DNA of 23,793 nt from Azolla caroliniana. Lineage: Eukaryota > Plantae > Polypodiophyta. The stretch covers positions 1 through 23,793 of the forward strand of contig JBHGNT010000465.1 in the NCBI GenBank assembly GCA_043228905.1, read 5' to 3'. This document shows, one piece after another, positions 16,709 through 23,793 of the stretch. Under the pieces are notes generated by a model. It was not told the origin of the DNA and made no database searches. It saw only the letters and a list, made by a program, of their open reading frames with translations. The position numbers and the translations under genes were made by a program. Position 1 is the first letter of the stretch, and each line of letters opens with the position of its first letter.

Positions 16709-17550
16709 TGTCGTGCCTTTCGGCTTCGGATCGTTGCGTGAGTCGGGTGGGAACCACAGAGGTCTTGGACTAGGAGAAAGAAGTTCGTGAGATAGAGATT
16801 AATTATGAGTAAATAGCAAAGAGAAAGACAAGAAACTCGTGAATCACACGAGTATACTATATTAATTGGTACTTAGGGTGTTAAGAGAGAAGTAGATGTA
16901 TAAATCGTGAATCCCACGAATAATTTTTATATTGATTAATACTTAATCCAAATAATCAACAACAACTACAATGTGCTCCCCATCCTTATATAGTGATGGG
17001 AGAGACTAAGCATAGCTACATGCTTTTTCTCATATGTTCATGCACACTAAATGTGCATGTGATGCTTTTTTTTTTATTTTATTTCCTAAGTATAGGGCTC
17101 ATGCACGCTAGATGTGCATGAGTTATTTTTAGTGTCTCGTGTTTTTTCTTTTTCATATATTAAAGAAATACACGATTTACCTTTTAATAAAGGTATGCAT
17201 AAATAAAGGTCTTATACATATTAAATCTATATTTAAAACACTTAAGATAATTTAATGTAATGGTAAGGTTGGGGTTTGTCAACGTGGAGGTGCAGAGTTT
17301 GAATCACGCCTTGCGCAGTAGTGAGTATTTCCTTTCTTTTTACATTTATGTCTCTTTATCCGGCTCTTCCTTGCCGGTATGCCGTTTTCTTCCTTGCCGG
17401 TATGCCGTTTTCCTCCTTGCCGGTATGCCGTTTTTCCTCCTTTCTCCTTGCCGGTATGCCGTTTTCTTCCGGTTCTCACCGAGCACCCCATTCTCTATCC
17501 GGAGGGACAAAAATATAATTTCCACATAGTGTGCAACCTACACTACGACA
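16709..17550 (-). repeat. 5' LTR of A2 (842 bp)
   Basis: Nearly identical to the A1 LTR. Four copies of the 23-bp repeat (17369, 17392, 17415, 17446). tRNA-like cassette at 17246-17317. Confidence 0.95.
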
Positions 17551-17745
17551 ACGTGCTACGCGAAAACCTCGCCTCAGTGACCGCACCTCGTCTTCGTAGA
17601 GGGTACGGTAGAATCCACGCTCACGAACCAAAGCGGCATCCGGCAGGAAGCCCTATTGCCACTGAATCAAGCTAGTGTTACAAAGTCTCACAAACAACAC
17701 CATCCCGATAGCAGCAACAACCCCGACACAACCGTCGCAACCAGC

Positions 17746-18160
17746 ATGGCTTTCTCGTATCCTCGTTTCAACAGCGAAACCGAGGCTGAGAGCCACATTT
17801 GGTCATTTCTCAATGTTTGGATCGCTAATCACATGGCACAATGACTTCTGGAAGCGGAAGCACATGCATCAAAGATTGCCAAGTTCGGAATAACCTTGGA
17901 TGGTCACGCTGCTCGTTGGCATTCCCAACTCAATATCTCGTCGTTTGCGACGTTCGACCAGTTTCAATCGTCATTTTTGCGATTCTTCCATCAGAGTGTC
18001 CCTCAGTGCGAGATTATCGACTAGTTTTATACCATCAAGCAGTCTCCAAAGGAATTCGTAGCAGATTTCAGTTTGCAATTTCAGAGCCTACGGCGAGAGC
18101 TCACACGCGTTCTGACAGAGGACGAGGCTAAGGACACATTTTTGGCACGCCTGAACGACC
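17746..18160 (+). pseudogene. Degenerate Ty3/Gypsy gag (retrotransposon gag domain) fragment
   Basis: Reads MAFSYPRFN...KFGITLDGHAARWH...TFDQFQSSFLRFF...FYTIKQSPKEFVADFSLQFQSL...KDTFLARL in one frame, with stops at 17842 and 18022. Confidence 0.8.
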
Positions 18161-19545
18161 GACCTCCCTTGAGAAGAAGTCCCTCTCTTTGACTATATTT
18201 GCACTTGATGCTACTTAGCAAAACCCTAACCCTAGCCTCTATGTGAGCTTTCTCTATTTTCCCCATTCCAAACACCTACATGATTACAGCTCCCTAAGCA
18301 AGCCCTCAAGGTTTTGTCTGTGTGTTATCCTTCTTGATCCGATTTCTACTCCCTTAGCTCTTGAGAAAACCCTATCATCCATTCCACGTATGAAGTTGGC
18401 CAACAATGAGCTCTCTCTGGCTATATTTGCAAAACGAGTGACAGACAATGTGGATGATGCTAAAGTATCACTTCAAAAAGAATATAACAAAAGAGACCCA
18501 GAATATGTGATATGGTATGGTGAGTTGAAAGGGGTCATCCACATCAATGGTGGATTCCTAATATTTTGATGTGAAGACCATAATCAAGATTGATACACTT
18601 TATAAGACAACAAGAAGATTCAAAAGCTCGAGGTGGAGGGCAAATGCAGTGTTTGGTTAGTTCGTTCAACAAAAGATGCCATTCTAGGAAGTGCTTCTTC
18701 TCCCATTCATATGGTTCCGTTTGAGGGTGGTTTGAAGCAACAATTCTAGCGTACTATAAGGACATTGGGGCTTGCCTTCCTTAAGGTTTCTACCATTGGA
18801 GCCCTCCTTGAGGATTGAGGAATTGGAAAAGGCCTTGGTTTGAATGAGGAACCACAAATAAGCACAGAGCCGACTACCAAGAAGAGGAGGACGAGGAAAG
18901 AGATGGCCATAAAAAAACCTACATAGCCAGTGGATAGAGCTGATCGTTGGACAGACGGACTGTGACGGCCGACATATGGTAGTGACGGAAATGACTACGG
19001 CTACAGAGACAACCAGACAGCTGACCACACGGGGATAGTTGGGGGCCGGAGAGCATGGATGAGATGCACAACTGAGATCACGGCCGAGACGGGCGAGAAT
19101 ATCGCCGAGACGCACAACCGAGAAGCGTGGCCGGGAGACGTGACCAAGAGTACGGCCAAATGATGGCCGAGAGACGGTTGGGCTTGGAATCTACTAAGAG
19201 ATCAACATCAGCCAAGAGCCTACCGAGATACGGTTGACGTCCAACGGAGCGGACGAACGATGACTGATGGAAGTAGAGCAAGAAAGACAATCTGGAAGCC
19301 GTACAGAGCCAGCCGCCGAGAGATGGCCGAAGTCCGACAAATGTGCGGAAAGACACGGCCGAACCGAGAGCCTATTGTTCGAACAACCGCCGAGCTGTGG
19401 CGGCTGAGCCGACGATTGACAAAGTCGACTGTCGAGTAGAGAGCGTTTGACCACGGATGGAAATGGCCATAGGTGACCGATGGAAGAAAAGAAAGACAGA
19501 AGCAACAAATAGAAAAGGAAGAAATCAGAGGAGGAATGCCAGGAT

Positions 19546-20790
19546 CATCTCGTATATGTCCCAAAGGGCCCGTGTCACACCCAGGTGTTGCGGGAATGCC
19601 ACGATGACCCCCTTGCGAGTCAATTCAAAGTTGCAAAAACCCTCGAACTAATCTCTCGGGGGTACTGGTGGCCACAACCATGGAAGTTGGTCGAAGAATA
19701 CATCAAGACTTGTGAGATTTGCGCTTGCTCCAAAGTTGCTCATCATCGGCCATATGGCTTACTCCAGTCGCTTCCATGCCCTAGTCGTCCCTAGGCCTCT
19801 ATCTCTATGGACCTCATAACCAATCTACCCTTTTGTCAATAGCTATGAATCGGTGTTGGTCGTTGTTGATCGGTTTACAAAGATGGCTCACTCACTCCAT
19901 GAGCTCAAAAACTATTTCCAGAGAAGGAATGACGCATCTACCCCTCAATAATGTGGTCCGTTTGCATCTTTTGGCAATGCCTGTTGCAAACTTTAGGCAT
20001 CTCCATCAAGTTGTCCTCCGCTTATCACCTAAGACTGACGGTCAGACGGAGCATGTAAACCAAATCCTTGAGTAGTATCTTCTGTGCTCGGTTAGTTACC
20101 AACAAGGTGATTGGGTCAACTTACTTTCACTCGTAGAATTCGCTTATAATAATTCTCTCCATGCATCGACTGGCATCACTCCCTTCTTTGCAAACTATAG
20201 TTTACATCATCGCTTCAACATTTCCCCTTATGTGAACCCTTCGGCAGATGGTCGAGCCCACGTTTTAGAAGAGCTACATCATGACTTATCCTTGGAGCTT
20301 CGTCTTGATGGCGAACGATACAAGAAGCACGTTAATCGTCATCGCTTTGGCACTCCACCCTTTGTCATTGGCGACATGGTTTGGTTGTTACGACGGCACA
20401 TCTCTACTACCTATCCATATGCAAAACTTTATTACAAGAAGTTGGGCCCATTCCGTATAGTTGAGCGCATCAAGCACGTCGTCTTTCGCCTAGGCCTTCC
20501 ATTCCACTTCCGGATTCATGATATTTTTCAAGTCTCCCTCCTCGAGCCCCATTATGCTTTGCAACTCCCAAGATGTAAAGCCCCCCACCACCACCATCTG
20601 TGCAATTGATGACAGGCGAGGATTACGAGGTCGACAAATACCTGACTCACGTTTGCACCGTCGACGCCTGCAATACCTCGTATTGTGGAAGGGTCACCCC
20701 TTGTCTAACGCCACGTGGAACTTGCGAAGAATTTACAAAATGCCCCAGAGGTGGTTCAAGATTTTCATCTCCAATATCCCCACACACTAG
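19546..20790 (+). pseudogene. Degenerate chromovirus integrase + chromodomain (older relative of element B)
   Basis: Reads VYVP...ECHDDP...KTLELISRGYWWP...TCEIC...HRPYGLL; TDGQTE.VNQILE; GDMVWLLRRHI...KKLGPF; EDYEVD...LQYLVLWKGHP...ATW. Multiple stops and frameshifts. Confidence 0.9.
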
Positions 20791-20806
20791 CGACGGGTTT
20801 GGGAAG

Positions 20807-21098
20807 TGTTGAGATACAAGCTCAACATTGGGTGCGTAACCAAGTGTGTAGATTGGGAGCGTAAAACCGTACGCACAACATGGTCGTAGCGGTGCGTAAA
20901 CCGAGAGAATGTTAGAACGTTATTCCTCATAAGGAATACTTTTGGGAGTTAGTGTAGAAGGTTCATTTATGAGCAGTCAAGTACTGTCAGTACTTGTGTC
21001 AACCCAATAGTCAGGGCTTGTATAAAAGGTGCTCACTGAGCACGAAGTATGTACACAGAGGAACACAAACAGTCATTTTTTGAATCTGAGTTTTACAT

Positions 21099-21135
<37 letters not shown>

Positions 21136-21226
21136 GCATAGGTTGTGTCGTATCCAAGCTTCCATTAAACCTCTTGTGTTCATATAGCGATGTATGTTAT
21201 GCTTCCGCACACGCCATTCTTTTACA
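20807..21226 (+). repeat. 5' LTR of a Copia element (left boundary uncertain, ~20790-20910)
   Basis: Contains TATAAAA (21021-21027) and (CT)15. Ends TTTTACA directly before an iMet PBS. No partner LTR in the window. Confidence 0.7.
21103..21132. repeat. (CT)15 microsatellite inside LTR
   Basis: Direct reading of the sequence. Confidence 0.95.
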
Positions 21227-21238
21227 TGGTATCAGAGC
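21227..21238 (+). promoter_or_regulatory. Primer binding site, tRNA-iMet (TGGTATCAGAGC)
   Basis: Canonical plant iMet PBS immediately after the terminal CA. Confidence 0.95.
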
Positions 21239-21307
21239 ACGAGGATTGAAGTCCTCTGCTGCCGACAGACAGACAAACATCACCGTGAGAAGTGAAGGGA
21301 AACAAGG

Positions 21308-21404
21308 ATGGATAGAGGCACAACTAGCTCGCATCCTACAAAGAAGCTAGACAGAAGCAACGGTGGTTCTTGGTCGTACAAGATGCACCAGTACCTATTC
21401 GGGC
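21308..21404 (+). pseudogene. gag: N-terminus of Copia gag, interrupted by next element
   Basis: MDRGTTSSHPTKKLDRSNGGSWSYKMHQYLFG fits the Copia gag pattern KL.G.NY..W..KM..YL. Confidence 0.8.
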
Positions 21405-21492
21405 TGTTGGAGACAATGTCGTCTATGCGGAAGATCAAGAAGCATTCGATTCTGTTCTGTACCTACGTATGACAGTCTCTCGTTCGTTGCAC

Positions 21493-21526
<34 letters not shown>

Positions 21527-21713
21527 GCACAAAAGACTTTCTATTCAATAGAAACAATAATACAACACCCAACCTTACAAAAGGGTTACAAGGTCACTAT
21601 ATATAGTGACCGACTTAGGGCAACTACCCTTTATGCTAATTACACAAATGCCCCAAAGATGGGCTATACAAAGGGATAGTGTGAATACGTCCATTATACA
21701 CTTGTATTCGACA
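21405..21713 (-). repeat. 3' LTR of terminal Copia (309 bp)
   Basis: Reads TGTCG...CCAACA on the minus strand, follows the PPT and cuts the gag of the previous element. Contains a GA microsatellite (21493-21526) and a palindromic TATA. Confidence 0.85.
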
Positions 21714-21907
21714 CTCCCCCGTAATGGGCGTATACATGGGTTATCTAAGATTACAGGTATAAACCTAGGTTCTCGGACATATCAGTTTTTGTTCGAGTCG
21801 GCAGGGTCCGAAGGCAGAAGACCGAACTGGTCGGGTCGGAAGTGTTGAAGCCGATCATTAAGGAACTGATGTCGGTTGTCGGAAACCATCCTGTGCTGTG
21901 TCCGGCT

Positions 21908-23793
21908 CTAACCGGACTGGTTTGTCGTTACGCCCATCTGATGCCGAAGGGACCGAAAGCGGTCTGCCGAAAGACACTTGGTCATTCCATCTGCGACATT
22001 GTCGGTTGTGGAGATTTTCTCTAGACCGACTTTCCCTGAAATGACGCAGTCCCGAACGAAGTGATATCGAACGTCGATATGTTTGGAGGCGTTGTGGTGG
22101 ACCGGATTTTTCGACAAGGCAACAGCACCTTGACTGTCGCTATAGACAACTGGAGCCGAGTCATGGTCGACTTGTCGAAACGTGTGCGCCAGCCGACCGA
22201 GCCACAAAGCTTCTTTTGCTGCGTCGGACGCAGCTACATATTCTGCTTCGGTCGTTGAGGTCGCTGTGCACTCATGAAGTTTCGACTTCCACGAGATTGC
22301 TCCATTGCCGAATTTGAAGCAGTATCCGGTTGTTGATTTCCGACTGTCTATACAGCCGGCGAAATCCGAGTCGGTGTAACCGACTACACCTGAGGTTCGG
22401 TTCGGACCGAAAAGAATGCCGTGGTCTTTTGTGCCATCCAGATATCTGAACACATGCTTGACTGCGTTCCAATGCGATCGGCCAGGATTGTGCATAAATC
22501 TGCTAACGACTCCTACGGCATGAGAGATATCAGGCCGTGTCGCGACCATCAGGTACATAAGGGAGCCGACTGCCGGTGCATACGGTACCGACTTCATATC
22601 TTCCCCCTCCGGACCGGATGTCGGGCAGTCTCGCTGAGAGAGCCGAAGATTCATGGGGAGCGGGGTTGAAGCAGATTTGGCTGATTGCATGTTGAAGCGT
22701 TCCAAGACACGTCCGATATAGTCGGTCTGAGACAAAAAAAGATGTCGTTTATCGCGATGCCAACTAATCTTCATGCCAAGAATGTGTCGTGCCGGACCGA
22801 GGTCCTTCATGGCAAACTTCAACCGCAGTTGCCGAATGAGATCGGCAAGTTCGCCCGCGTGGCGTCCAGAAATTAGCATGTCGTCCACGTAAATGATGAG
22901 GAAGATGGGTGATCCATCTTGAGCTGTGTTGGTAAAGAGACAATGGTCCTCATCGCTTTTTGAGAAGCCGATCGATTGGATGAAGTCGTCGAACTTCTTG
23001 TACCATTGTCGCGGTGCCTGTTTGAGGCCGTATAGACTCTTCCTGAGTCGGCAGACTAGATGTTCTTGGCCAATTGCCACGAAGCCTTTTGGCTGCTCCA
23101 TATAAATTTCCTCGTCAAGATCACCATGGAGGAAGGCTGTTTTGACATCTAGCTGAATCAGCTCCAAGTTGTCGGCTGCCACTACGCCGAGTAGAAAACG
23201 AAGGGTTGTCATTTTCACCACTGGTGAAAAAATCTCATCGAAGTCGACGCCATATTCTTGTCGGAAGCCCTTCGCAACTAATCTGGCCTTGTACTTTTGG
23301 GTGGTCGAATCAGACGTCTCTTTTAGTCGATAAACCCACTTGCAAGGAAGAGCACGTCGGTTCCTAGGTAATTCGACCAGATCCCAAGTCTTGTTTGCCC
23401 GAATGGAGTGCATTTCCGACTCCATCGCCAGATGCCAGGTGGCTGAATCCACAGATGTCGATGCTTCTTCGTAAGACGTCGGTTCGCCGGCGTCGGTGAA
23501 GAAAATTCCAGGAGAATACCTCTCCGGAGGTTGCGACAGTCTCTCGGATCGTCGAGGTATGATTGGACTAGTCGCATCGGGTATCGGTGTCGGATGGTCC
23601 GAAAGCGAATTATTCTGCTGTGCCGAGTCGGAGTTGTCCGAGTCGGGAGTGTAAGGTTCAGCTACCCGTGAAGCTGACCGTGTGTTAAGAGCGGGGCCTT
23701 CTTGAAGGGTCGGCACATCGGAAAATGTTACCCTTCGGACTTCGGTCGGTTTTTCGACTGATGGATTCATAGCCGACTCGTTGAACACAACGT
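21908..23793 (-). CDS. pol: Copia Pol, partial: end of integrase, linker, RT, RNase H
   Basis: Motifs DVVFNES, YKARLVAKGF, QLDVKTAFLHG, LRKSLYGLKQAPRQW, YVDDML, YTDSDFAG, STTEAEY, SDSQGA, KHIDVRYHF, ADGMTK. No stops. Confidence 0.97.
   Translation of the reverse strand, partial: VVFNESAMNPSVEKPTEVRRVTFSDVPTLQEGPALNTRSASRVAEPYTPDSDNSDSAQQNNSLSDHPTPIPDATSPIIPRRSERLSQPPERYSPGIFFTDAGEPTSYEEASTSVDSATWHLAMESEMHSIRANKTWDLVELPRNRRALPCKWVYRLKETSDSTTQKYKARLVAKGFRQEYGVDFDEIFSPVVKMTTLRFLLGVVAADNLELIQLDVKTAFLHGDLDEEIYMEQPKGFVAIGQEHLVCRLRKSLYGLKQAPRQWYKKFDDFIQSIGFSKSDEDHCLFTNTAQDGSPIFLIIYVDDMLISGRHAGELADLIRQLRLKFAMKDLGPARHILGMKISWHRDKRHLFLSQTDYIGRVLERFNMQSAKSASTPLPMNLRLSQRDCPTSGPEGEDMKSVPYAPAVGSLMYLMVATRPDISHAVGVVSRFMHNPGRSHWNAVKHVFRYLDGTKDHGILFGPNRTSGVVGYTDSDFAGCIDSRKSTTGYCFKFGNGAISWKSKLHECTATSTTEAEYVAASDAAKEALWLGRLAHTFRQVDHDSAPVVYSDSQGAVALSKNPVHHNASKHIDVRYHFVRDCVISGKVGLEKISTTDNVADGMTKCLSADRFRSLRHQMGVTTNQSG

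Larger units (their letters stand above)
4549..17550 (-). mobile_element. Ty3/Gypsy non-chromovirus family A copy A2 (~7.3 kb without the nested B; probably a recombinant of two copies)
   Basis: Order is LTR-PBS-gag/PR-RT-RH-IN-PPT-LTR, with no chromodomain. The two LTRs differ, and the flanks (TCCGG left, ACGTG right) give no TSD. Confidence 0.9.
21405..23793 (-). mobile_element. Ty1/Copia LTR retrotransposon (Tnt1/Tork-like), 3' half; continues beyond right edge
   Basis: Open RT-RNase H frame, PPT GGGGGAG (21720-21714) and a 309-bp LTR. Candidate TSD CGGGC at 21400-21404. Confidence 0.93.

Noticed and set aside
16671-16757. GTG start making Gag 708 aa
   Set aside because: The GTG lies inside the LTR upstream of the PBS; the first ATG (16670) is the more plausible start.
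18243-18840. LINE ORF1 (DUF4283-like) remnant
   Set aside because: Only a vague resemblance by eye, with many stops; not supportable without a profile search.
19573-19582. TGTCACACCC as an LTR start
   Set aside because: It lies within continuous integrase-coding homology (VYVPKGPCHTQVLREC).
20795-20806. PPT making the 20807 LTR the 3' LTR of the decayed chromovirus
   Set aside because: The tract is interrupted by TTT, and the LTR is followed by an iMet PBS and a Copia gag, so it is a Copia 5' LTR.
20881-20920. Third A-box/B-box cassette in the Copia LTR (TGGTCGTAGCGG...GTTAGAAC)
   Set aside because: The B box lacks the invariant C and the spacing is too short.

Overview
This window is eukaryotic, plant-type repetitive DNA with no host genes: a nest of LTR retrotransposons. 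A non-seed plant such as a bryophyte is inferred, because a Tcn1-like self-priming chromovirus co-occurs with a tRNA-Trp-primed non-chromovirus Gypsy. From left to right: (1) the 5' half of Gypsy family A, copy A1 (1-2781, minus), inserted in (2) a decayed Copia integrase (2782-3566, +); (3) a ~275-bp chromovirus RT scrap (3567-3842, minus); (4) a family-A pol fragment (3837-4548, +); (5) an apparently full-length but chimeric family-A copy A2 (4549-17550, minus), whose pol is interrupted by (6) an intact, very young Tcn1-like chromovirus B (8529-14194, minus; identical 429-bp LTRs; TSD TCGGC); (7) a decayed Gypsy gag, an unassigned stretch and a decayed chromovirus IN-chromodomain (17551-20790); (8) a Copia 5' LTR, iMet PBS and gag start (+), interrupted by (9) the 3' half of a Tnt1/Tork-like Copia (21405-23793, minus). 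The most notable observations are: tRNA-spaced Pol III A-box/B-box cassettes lying antisense in the U3 of both unrelated Gypsy families; a Gag-PR / -1 frameshift / RT-RH-IN layout with a tRNA-Trp PBS and a DHG protease in family A; family-A-specific CAG/CTG depletion with CCG/CGG excess; and a self-primer embedded in a perfect palindrome in B. All alignments and counts were done by eye.
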